DNA of 42,429 nt from Acidobacteriota bacterium (lineage in GTDB: Bacteria; Acidobacteriota; Terriglobia; Terriglobales; Acidobacteriaceae). This document shows, piece by piece, positions 1-7,806 of this stretch. Position 1 is the first letter of the stretch, and each line of letters opens with the position of its first letter. Where the stretch lies: contig JAJYGR010000001.1 of the NCBI GenBank assembly GCA_021790655.1, positions 1-42,429 of the forward strand. The letters run 5' to 3'. The notes beneath the pieces were generated by a model. That model did not search any database. It saw only the letters and a program-made list of their open reading frames with translations, and was not told where the DNA came from. The position numbers and the translations under genes were made by a program.

Positions 1-281
1 TTGAGGAAACTACTACATTCGTCGTCGTCACCTGCAAGAAGGCTTATTCAAGGCGAACTATATTCCTGGTTTCTGCCCATACAAGTTCTTCTATGTATGT
101 TTGGATTGGCTGCTTCCCGATGGCAACCTGGAAAAGAGCCTGGGATGGATGTACTGGTTGCCGAATCCGCTGTTTCCGTTTATCTGGTTCCGGGTTGCAC
201 TGCCGATCAATCATCCCGGGCTTTCCTACGAACGCGGTGATCTGGGTTTCTGATGGCCGGTTATTTTGATACAGGAATGTA

Positions 282-1308
282 TTGGACAAAGCGCCTATGA
301 AGTCAGAACTGCTGCGTTGTTGCCTCCTGTGTCCGATCCTGCTTGGTTGGGACGCCACCGGTTTCCCAAGCGGACGTATCGGCCAGTTTCCTGGTTCACA
401 TCGGGCAACGTGGAACAACCCTGTCGCTTCGTCGGAGGTAGTCCAGGTGGGTGGCGCTTCCATTCAGATTGATGTTGGCCCCAGCGATCTCGACGCGAAG
501 CACAAAGATGTTGTTCGGTGGGTCGAGGCGGCTGCCAGTGCTGTCTCCGTCTACTATGGAAAATTTCCTGTAGCGCGTGCGCGTGTCCTTGTCCTGCCGA
601 TTGCCGACGAGCGCGGAGTGCTGACCGGAACGACCTGGGGCCATGTGGATGGATTCCCGGCGCTTACCAGGATGCGCATCGGACAGCATACGACGGAGCA
701 GGACTTGGCAAACGACTGGACGATGACGCACGAACTTGTGCACATGATATTGCCCTCACTTTCGGAGAACAACCATTGGCTTGAAGAGGGGCTTGCAACC
801 TATATCGAGCCGATTGCCAGATCGCAAGCCAGCACTCTTGCCCCGGAAAAAGTATGGGGAGAGATGATTCGGAACATGCCCAAGGGAGAACCCGGGGCCT
901 CCGATCAGGGCTTGGATCAGACACATACCTGGGCAAGTACTTACTGGGGCGGCCCCTGTTTTCCTTCGTGGCAGACGTCACCATCTGGAAAAAGACTGGA
1001 GACCGAAGGGGTTGCAGGATGCATTACGCGCGATCGTCGCTGCGGGAGGGACCATTGATCAAGAGTGGCCCATCTCAAGGGTTGCTTGCCGTGGGCGACC
1101 AAGCCACAGGAACGTCGTATTGACCAGCCCTTACAAGACAATGAGAGAAGAGCCAGACCCCGTGGATCTGAGCCTGCTATGGAAGCAACTCGGCGTCCGT
1201 TCCGACAGCAGCCATATTGTCTTCGATAACGAGGCCCATCTCGTCGGAATACGACAAAAGATCATATCCCCAGAACTGCGTCCTGCGGGCACTCTGAAAT
1301 ACAGGTAA
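282..1308 (+). pseudogene. Gluzincin-type (HExxH...E) metallopeptidase-like gene, interrupted by several frameshifts
   Basis: ORF 282-1058 carries WTMTHELVHM...NHWLEEGLATY, which is HExxH plus a downstream Glu in WLxEG (MA-clan signature). After about 950 the protein-like reading continues only by hopping frames. The path is ...TYWGG (frame of 282), then LFSFVADVTIWKKTGDRRG (frame of ORF 854), then LQDALRAIVAAGGTIDQEWPIS (frame of ORF 1012), then LLAVGDQATGTS (frame of 854), then VLTSPYKTMREEPDPVDLSLLWKQLGV... (frame of 1012, stop at 1308). Confidence 0.6.
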
Positions 1309-1317
1309 ACCAGTCTC

Positions 1318-1365
1318 TTTGTCGTATAACCTTCTTTTCGCGCCGGAATCGTACTGGCTAGAGGA
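1318..1365 (+). promoter_or_regulatory. Promoter-like box, copy 1 (upstream of the ECF sigma gene), shared with 2341-2384
   Basis: The sequence tttgtcgtaTAACCttCTTTTCgcgcCGGAATCgtaCTGGctagagg aligns block for block with the box upstream of the Cys-rich precursor gene. Both have 13 nt between TAAC and CGGAATC. Confidence 0.45.
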
Positions 1366-1514
1366 ACAGGGCGAGGGATGAGATCGATGCTGAGTGATCA
1401 AATATAAATCAAAATAACAGCACCATAAAATCCGCCGGGGAGCAGGCCGAAGGCAACGCACGGTCACACGATTGCAGCAATTACGATCTTAGGCTCTCTC
1501 AGCTTTGCCTTCAC

Positions 1515-2190
1515 ATGCAGCAAGTTAGCGATCAAACAAAAATCTTCGTGAAGGATGTCGCGATGAATTCATTCAGCCTGGACAATAATGACAGAGCGCT
1601 TAGTATTGATGCTCAAAGCATGCACGAGAAGGGGCTTATCGGAGCGGCACAAGCCGGGCACGAATGGGCTTTCTTGGAGCTGTGCAAGCGCAATTCTTCA
1701 CGCATTTTCAAGACCCTCTACGGGGTGACGAAGAATCGTGAAGACGCAGAAGATGCACTTCAGGATTCCTTCATGAGAGCCTTCCTTCATTTAAGGCAAT
1801 TTGATGGAAGATCTAGCTTTTCTACCTGGTTCACTCGTATTGGAATTAATTCGGCAATCATGCTGTTGAGGAAGAAGTGTAAATATCGCGAAACATCGAT
1901 GGATACTTCCTTGGACGGAAGTGACACCTGGAATGACTGGGACGTCGCTGACCACTCGCTTGATCCAGAACAAAGTTACGCCGCCTGCGAGAGAACAATG
2001 CGCCTAAAGCAAGCAATCCGCCGTTTACCATCCCCCCCTTTGAACTGTCGTCGAGATTCGACAGGATGACAGTCTCTCGATGCGAGAGATGGCCGAGCTT
2101 GCAGGCATCTCCGTTCCTGCCGTTAAGTCACGATTGGTCCGCGCCAGGGCAACACTTCGCAGGTCACTCAGCGAACCCGTCCATGAGTAG
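1515..2190 (+). pseudogene. ECF (sigma-70 family) RNA polymerase sigma factor, frameshifted between region 2 and region 4
   Basis: ORF 1515-2069 has region 2 (EWAFLELCKRNSSRIFKTLYGVTKNREDAEDALQDSFMRAFLHLRQFDGRSSFSTWFTRIGINSAIMLLRK). The region-4 HTH is readable only in the +1 frame from 2044 to the TAG at 2188-2190: TVVEIRQDDSLSMREMAELAGISVPAVKSRLVRARATLRRSLSEPVHE. The upstream frame ends at the TGA at 2067-2069. The +1 frame has a TGA at 2041-2043, so the shift lies at about 2041-2046. Confidence 0.8.
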
Positions 2191-2340
2191 CCGCAAGACG
2201 GTGCATCCGCAATTCATATTGCGACCATTAGATAAAGACTGCGCGTAGAGGCAACGCGCCGACGCGGTTTCCATGATGCCCGCATGGTCATCAATACTCG
2301 AGGTCTGTTCGATCCGAGCAGAGCAAAACTTCTCCCCCCA

Positions 2341-2384
2341 TGTCTGTAACCTTTCTTTTCATTCGGAATCATTGCTGGTAAGGG
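2341..2384 (+). promoter_or_regulatory. Promoter-like box, copy 2 (upstream of the RiPP precursor gene)
   Basis: The sequence tgtctgTAACCtttCTTTTCattCGGAATCattgCTGGtaaggg lies about 50 nt upstream of the ATG at 2431. It has the same block order and spacing as 1318-1365. Confidence 0.45.
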
Positions 2385-2430
2385 CCGGACTCCGGTACGG
2401 CCTCATTCTGAATGAGGAAGGAATCACCGA

Positions 2431-2718
2431 ATGAACAACAACGTAAAAACGCTCATATTTGCAGCGGCTGTTACAGGTTTATTTACGGGAACCGCTGTTC
2501 GCGCCAACGCAGCTACGACTGCGGAAGGCGGCCACACACAGTACGCCACGCAGACTTCGACCAACTCGGCCCACTTGCTCTACACACAGCAAAAGACAGA
2601 GAAGCACTCCTGCAAGGGCAAGAACTCCTGCAAAGGGCAGGGCGCCGACCACAAGAACTCCTGCAAGGGCAAGGGGAGCTGTGCAACCGACGGGTCCAAA
2701 CCACCAAAGATGTCGTAG
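2431..2718 (+). CDS. Small secreted Cys-repeat protein; putative MNIO-modified RiPP precursor (bufferin/HvfA-like metallophore precursor)
   Basis: This is a 95-aa protein. It has a Sec-type signal peptide, MNNNVKTLIFAAAVTGLFTGTAVRANA|A. The mature part ends in EKHSCKGKNSCKGQGADHKNSCKGKGSCATDG, with four Cys each in an x-S-C-K/A-G context. A GAAGGA RBS precedes the start. The gene sits directly upstream of DUF692/DUF2063/DoxX genes. Confidence 0.75.
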   Translation: MNNNVKTLIFAAAVTGLFTGTAVRANAATTAEGGHTQYATQTSTNSAHLLYTQQKTEKHSCKGKNSCKGQGADHKNSCKGKGSCATDGSKPPKMS

Positions 2719-2797
2719 CATTGCACGGGATCGGGCGGTGGTCTGCCAGAAACATGCTCAGCACTGCCGCCCAATCTTTCAGTTTCTGGAGTGTTGT

Positions 2798-3673
2798 ATG
2801 GCAGCCAATCGGTTCAACGCCTTTACGGACTACGGCATCGGCATCGGCTTGCGCGTGCCGCATTACGGGCACATCCTCACGCAGCATCCGGTCGTCGATT
2901 GGTTTGAGGTCATCTCTGAAAATTACATGGTGGATGGCGGTCGACCGCTCGCAATGCTCGATAAGATTCTGGATCAATACCGGGTAGTGCAGCATGGCGT
3001 CTCCATGTATTTCGGCTCTGCCGATCGTTTGAACAAGGAACATCTTCGCCGTCTGAAAGCCCTCACACGTCGCACCAACACGCCTTGGCTCTCCGACCAT
3101 CTCTGCTGGGGCAGCGTCGATGGCCGCTACACGCACGACCTGCTACCGATGCCCTACACCTGGGAGGCCGTCAAAGTCACGGCGGAAAAAGTCCGGCAGG
3201 TGCAGGACTACCTCGAAATCCCCGTCGCCGTGGAAAATGTAAGCAGCTATGCTGAGTTTCACGTCTCGGAAATGACGGAGTGGCAATTCCTTACTGAGGT
3301 GGTAGAGCGCGCAGACTGCGGCATCTTGCTTGACGTGAACAACATTTACGTCAGTTCCATGAACCACAGCTTCGATCCTCGCGTTTATGTGGACTTTGTT
3401 CCCGCAGAGCGGGTCGCGCAGATCCACATTGCAGGCCATTCGCGCTTCCAGAAATATCTTCTCGATACGCACGATCACCCTGTTCTCGATCCGGTCTGGG
3501 ACCTTTACGCGCAGGCCATTCGCCGTTGTGGATCCACCGCAACGCTGCTGGAATGGGACGATAGCATCCCCTCATTTGAGGAAGTGCATGCAGAAGCCTT
3601 GAAGGCCAACCGCTTTCTGGCTGAAGTCAGCTCCGCCGCGAATACAAACCATGTTATGGAAGGTGCGCAATGA
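2798..3673 (+). CDS. DUF692 family multinuclear non-heme iron oxidative enzyme (MNIO; MbnB/BufB/HvfB-like)
   Basis: The motifs are typical of DUF692 TIM-barrel proteins: GIGLRVPHYGHIL...WFEVISENYM...HGVSMYFGS...PWLSDHLCW...DLLPMPYT...VENVSSY...LLDVNNIYVSSMNH...HIAGH. I chose the start at ATG 2798 (MAANRF..., GGAG RBS). The longer ORF starting at 2459 overlaps the precursor gene in another frame. Confidence 0.88.
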   Translation: MAANRFNAFTDYGIGIGLRVPHYGHILTQHPVVDWFEVISENYMVDGGRPLAMLDKILDQYRVVQHGVSMYFGSADRLNKEHLRRLKALTRRTNTPWLSDHLCWGSVDGRYTHDLLPMPYTWEAVKVTAEKVRQVQDYLEIPVAVENVSSYAEFHVSEMTEWQFLTEVVERADCGILLDVNNIYVSSMNHSFDPRVYVDFVPAERVAQIHIAGHSRFQKYLLDTHDHPVLDPVWDLYAQAIRRCGSTATLLEWDDSIPSFEEVHAEALKANRFLAEVSSAANTNHVMEGAQ

Positions 3674-4611
3674 GGGAGCTTAAGCAATTGCAGCGGCGCA
3701 TGGCCTCGGCAGTGATGACTCCTCTCACTCGCACCGATGGCATGAAGACGAAATTGCCGGATGGCGGCTCGATGCGCGCCGAGGTGAAGGAGTTCATCAA
3801 GCCGAATGACCGGCTTTCCTCCTTTGAACGGCTGGAGATCTACAACCAGCAGTATTGGTTCCGGATTCTCGATGCCTTTGCCGAAGACTTTCCCGGCCTC
3901 AGGGCCATCGTCGGCACGCACAGATTCGAGCAGTTGTCACTGGCCTATCTTACAGAGTGTCCCTCGCGCTCCTATACTTTGCGCAATCTCGGCAGCCGGC
4001 TGCTCGCATGGCTCCGCGCTCATCCGAAATGGGTGCAACCGCAGGAGCGATTGGCGCTCGACATGGTTCGTCTGGAATGGGCGCATGTGGAAGCCTTCGA
4101 CGCGGCGGACGAGCCTGTTGTTGGCCCAGAGGATCTCCTGGAAGTGACCCCGGCAACGCATTTTGCCATTCAGCCGCACATTAGCCTGCTGCAGCTCGCA
4201 TATCCCGTAGACGATTTGCTGCTCGCAGTAAAAGACGATTCAGACCAGCAGAGCGACGCAGCCAGCAATGCGGGTTCCTATCGGCGCAAGCAGCACCCAG
4301 CGGTCAAAAAGATGCAGCGACTCAACCGGGAGCGAATCTACGTTGCTGTCTATCGGCATCAATACAGCGTTTGGTTTCGACGGCTGACGCCCGAAGCATT
4401 CCGCATGCTCCGCTCGATGCGGCAGGGCAACCCGCTGGGGGTAGCCCTTGACCATGCGCTACATGGCAGCCGCTTGCGCGAAAGTGAACTTGCAACGCAG
4501 GCACAGGAGTTGTTCGCAGAGTGGTCGCAACTTGGCTGGTTCTGCAAAGCGTCCGATACTACGTGTTTGAATATGGGCAATTCGCCTGAACGGAGACAAG
4601 ACAAAATATGA
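3670..4611 (+). CDS. DUF2063 domain protein (MNIO partner; BufC/HvfC-like)
   Basis: There is an ATGA start/stop overlap with the DUF692 gene. The N-terminal pattern ...DRLSSFERLEIYNQQYWFRILDAFAEDFPGLRAIVG..FEQLSLAYLTECPSRSYTLRNLG is characteristic of DUF2063 proteins that pair with DUF692. Confidence 0.8.
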   Translation: MRELKQLQRRMASAVMTPLTRTDGMKTKLPDGGSMRAEVKEFIKPNDRLSSFERLEIYNQQYWFRILDAFAEDFPGLRAIVGTHRFEQLSLAYLTECPSRSYTLRNLGSRLLAWLRAHPKWVQPQERLALDMVRLEWAHVEAFDAADEPVVGPEDLLEVTPATHFAIQPHISLLQLAYPVDDLLLAVKDDSDQQSDAASNAGSYRRKQHPAVKKMQRLNRERIYVAVYRHQYSVWFRRLTPEAFRMLRSMRQGNPLGVALDHALHGSRLRESELATQAQELFAEWSQLGWFCKASDTTCLNMGNSPERRQDKI

Positions 4612-5090
4612 AAACCCAGCTTATCGGTTGCTATAGATCATTCAAGACGGCAACGTCAAACTTGCAGTCGTCGTTTCTGCTCGTCATCCGCCTCTATTGG
4701 GGCTTTCAATTTATGCAGATCGGCTGGGGTAAGCTGCATAACATCTCCGGAGTGACCAACTACTTCACGCAACTCGGTCTCCCGTTTCCCCACTTGACCG
4801 TCATCTTCATTGCGCTGCTCGAATTCGGCGGCGGCATTCTCTTGATGCTTGGCCTGGCATCGCGTTTGATCGCCGTTCCGCTTGCGAGCGACATGCTGGT
4901 CGCTTACATCGTCGCAGACCGCAAAGCTCTCCTCGCCTTTTTCAGCGACCCAGGTATGTTCTACATTGCGGACCCATTTACTTTCCTATTCATATCCTTG
5001 CTGATTCTCACCTTTGGCCCAGGCCGCTTCGCGTTCGATACGTTGATTGCTAAGTACTGGACTGGCTACGACAATCCGACAACGAGTTGA
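4608..5090 (+). CDS. DoxX family membrane protein
   Basis: There is an ATGA overlap with the DUF2063 gene. The 160-aa product has four hydrophobic segments and a DoxX-like pattern (LVIRLYWGFQFMQIGWGKL...LLEFGGGILLMLGLASRLIAVPL). Confidence 0.8.
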   Translation: MKTQLIGCYRSFKTATSNLQSSFLLVIRLYWGFQFMQIGWGKLHNISGVTNYFTQLGLPFPHLTVIFIALLEFGGGILLMLGLASRLIAVPLASDMLVAYIVADRKALLAFFSDPGMFYIADPFTFLFISLLILTFGPGRFAFDTLIAKYWTGYDNPTTS

Positions 5091-5183
5091 AGAGAGCGAT
5101 GCTGAAAGCAGCTAAAGCCAGGCGAACTACCACTTGGCTGCTGGTGGGGGAGCGGACTATCTATTCAGGGACAGGAGCTGACC

Positions 5184-7772
5184 ATGTTCCGGCTGAGATC
5201 CAGCACGATTCGCATTCTCATTATTGCCTTCGGAACTGCGGCAGTCTTGATCGCTGGCGTCCTGCTCCATCGATATCTCCAATATGAGGGAACCCCCGAA
5301 GCCCTACTAAGACGGGCCGACGATCTTTCGTGGAAAAACCAGTGGATGGAGGCGGCCCCGATTTACGCCAGGGCAGAGCGACTCTTCGCGAAAGAGCATC
5401 GACCATCGCAGGCGCTCTATGCTCATGTGAGCCAATTCATCCCGCAGGCGGAATCGGAAGAAATTCCCGTTTTGCTGCTCGAGCTTCAACAGGACCTGGC
5501 ATTGCCTGCGGCACAGGATCCCGATACCAGGCTCCGCATCCTTGTAATTCAGGGAATGATCGAGACGAATTACAACGCGGCGATGGCCTCGAAAACCTGG
5601 AGGCAGGTTCAGACCTTGGCGAGGCAACAGCATCACTATCTTCTGATGACCCGCGCGACGGGAGAACAAGGAATTGCCGCATTTCTACTGGGAGACATCA
5701 CAACCGCGAAAAAGCTCGTCGTGAGGGCATGGATCGTCGCAAAGTATCTTCATGATCCTGCCACGCAAGTGCGATACGCGAGTGTCTATGGGACAGGACT
5801 GGTTGAGATGCACCGATACGATGAGGCGATTCACGTCCTGGATGGCGCGATCAATACGGCGGCTCGCTCTCCTGGCATCGCCTACCCAAGTATCGCTGTC
5901 AATTCCAAGATCGATGCGCTGCGTGGTCTTCGCCGCTATCAGGCAGCCCTCGCGCTGTGCGACGAAGCCAGTCGCCGTCTACCCAGGGCACGCCTGGATG
6001 CACACCTCTTTCAGCTGTTGACCTCGAAAGGCCAAATCTACGAGGACATGGGCCGGTGGCAGGACGCCGCCCAGCAGTACACGCTCGCCCTCGACTATGC
6101 ACAGCGATTGAGTTACTGGCGTGGAATCACGCAGACGGATGGCTTACGCGCCCGCGCCTATGAGCACGAAGACGACCTCGGCCAGGCGCTGATGAGTATC
6201 AATGAGGCCATTGCGGCAAATACTCACTTGCCGCACGAGCTCTATTTCGTCCCACAAAACCTGGCGATCAAGGCGGAGATCCTTGAAAAACTGGGCCGCA
6301 CGCAGGAATCGCATGACCTCTACACAAAGAGCGCCGTTCTCATCGATTCTCTGCTTGCGACCGCACCAACTCCGGACGTCGAGCGGGAACTGCTTACCGC
6401 GTTGAGCCAGGTCTATTCAGGCGATTTTGAACTGCTGTCGAACGAGAGAAAATTTTCTCAGGCATTTCAGATCGTCGAAAAAGCGCGTGGACGGGTCGAG
6501 GCGCAATCCCTGGAACATCATGCAGTGCTCGAGCCACACCAACCTACTCTTCAGGAGCAGCGGATCACAGAATTGAACTTGCAACTCATCAATAGCGACG
6601 ATTCCTCCGTGAGACGCCAGCTCGCGCAAGCCCTCTATGACGCTGAGTTGCAGTTGGACGACTCGTCGCCTGCCGGGCGGACTGCCACACATCCTGTTCC
6701 GCTGAAGACTGTCCAGCGGGACCTTCGCCCCACGGAGCTTCTGATTGAGTATGTCCTCGATAAACCTCGTTCGTATGCTCTGGCGGTCACGCGCCATTCG
6801 GTCCATGTATACGAGCTTCCGTCAAAGACGGTGATCGAGGAGCAGGCATCAGAGTATCGACGCCTCCTTCGCAACCGCCAGACCAACACCGTACTGGCCC
6901 AGACGCTGTTCAAGGATCTGCTCTCCCCCATCCCTGAATACAGAAACAAGTTTTCGATCGTTATTGTGCCGGATGGAAACCTACATTTGCTCCCATTTTC
7001 CGCACTGATGGATCAAGGACGTTATACGATCCGGACGCACGCCTTCAGCACGGCACCATCGGCGACGGTCTTCTACATCCTGCGGAATCGGAGTCACGCA
7101 ACAGTGAGCGCTCAGCGATCTTATCTGGGTGTTGCCGCATGGTCGCAGCCCGCGGAACCTAGAATTCCGATCCTGCGAGCCATGGAAGGTCTGGAACGTC
7201 CCAAGCTTCAACCGTTGCCGGAAAGCAGGGCGGAGGTTGAAGCGATTGCGCACCTTCTTCCGGCGCCGAGCACTGTTCTGCTGGGAGCAAACGCTACTGA
7301 AAGCAACTTCAAAAGCCTACCTCTCGCCGAGTACCGCGTCGTTCATCTTGCCCTTCACGGGTATGCCGATCTCGAATATCCCGATCGTTCCGCACTTGTC
7401 TTTGCGCCGCAGGACAAGCCAACCGATGACGGCCTGCTTCAGGTGCGGGAGATCCGCAGGTTGCATCTAAACGCGCGACTCGTGACCCTGTCGGCTTGCG
7501 ATACTGGAATCGGGCCTGTCGGAGAAGCGGGTGTCGCCAACCTCACCAACGCCTTTATTGAGGCTGGCGCCGACACGGTTGTATCGACGCTCTGGGAGCT
7601 TGAGGACCAGCCAACCACCCAACTGATGACAGAGTTCTACACCAGGCTTGCGCAGCACCAAAACATAGGGCAGGCATTGCGTGGGGCCCAGCTCCAGTTT
7701 CTGCAGGCTGGCCTGGCCCCGTATTATTGGGCGAGCTTTGAAATCGTAGGCGACCCAGATGGCACAATCTGA
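5184..7772 (+). CDS. Membrane-anchored TPR-repeat CHAT-domain protein (caspase-like protease fold)
   Basis: The 862-aa product has an N-terminal TM helix (IRILIIAFGTAAVLIAGVLL) and a long helical TPR-like middle region. The C-terminal CHAT signature includes the His/Cys dyad context VVHLALHGYAD... and LVTLSACDTGIGPVGEAGVANLTNAFIEAGADTVVSTLWELED. An AGGAG RBS precedes the start. Confidence 0.85.
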   Translation: MFRLRSSTIRILIIAFGTAAVLIAGVLLHRYLQYEGTPEALLRRADDLSWKNQWMEAAPIYARAERLFAKEHRPSQALYAHVSQFIPQAESEEIPVLLLELQQDLALPAAQDPDTRLRILVIQGMIETNYNAAMASKTWRQVQTLARQQHHYLLMTRATGEQGIAAFLLGDITTAKKLVVRAWIVAKYLHDPATQVRYASVYGTGLVEMHRYDEAIHVLDGAINTAARSPGIAYPSIAVNSKIDALRGLRRYQAALALCDEASRRLPRARLDAHLFQLLTSKGQIYEDMGRWQDAAQQYTLALDYAQRLSYWRGITQTDGLRARAYEHEDDLGQALMSINEAIAANTHLPHELYFVPQNLAIKAEILEKLGRTQESHDLYTKSAVLIDSLLATAPTPDVERELLTALSQVYSGDFELLSNERKFSQAFQIVEKARGRVEAQSLEHHAVLEPHQPTLQEQRITELNLQLINSDDSSVRRQLAQALYDAELQLDDSSPAGRTATHPVPLKTVQRDLRPTELLIEYVLDKPRSYALAVTRHSVHVYELPSKTVIEEQASEYRRLLRNRQTNTVLAQTLFKDLLSPIPEYRNKFSIVIVPDGNLHLLPFSALMDQGRYTIRTHAFSTAPSATVFYILRNRSHATVSAQRSYLGVAAWSQPAEPRIPILRAMEGLERPKLQPLPESRAEVEAIAHLLPAPSTVLLGANATESNFKSLPLAEYRVVHLALHGYADLEYPDRSALVFAPQDKPTDDGLLQVREIRRLHLNARLVTLSACDTGIGPVGEAGVANLTNAFIEAGADTVVSTLWELEDQPTTQLMTEFYTRLAQHQNIGQALRGAQLQFLQAGLAPYYWASFEIVGDPDGTI

Positions 7773-7806
7773 ACGTGCTATCTAAAAACCAAGGAGGCAG
7801 TCTCCG

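Noticed and set aside
5-271. A stop-free plus-strand frame at the window start (…YIPGFCPYKFFYVCLDWLLPDGNLEKSLGWMYWLPNPLFPFIWFRVALPINHPGLSYERGDLGF).
   Set aside because: It is preceded by an in-frame TGA at 2-4 and has no plausible start giving more than about 56 aa. I recognise no family. It could be a gene remnant, but the sequence alone does not support that.
2032-2038. The C7 homopolymer as the site of the sigma-factor frameshift, which would suggest phase variation.
   Set aside because: Changing the run length cannot join the two halves, because the +1 frame has a TGA at 2041-2043. The indel must lie at about 2041-2046, just after the run.
2459-2797. N-terminal 113-codon extension of the DUF692 ORF (ORF track start 2459).
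   Set aside because: The extension overlaps the precursor gene in another frame and is low-complexity Arg/Pro/Thr-rich. DUF692 homology starts right after the internal ATG at 2798, which has its own GGAG RBS.
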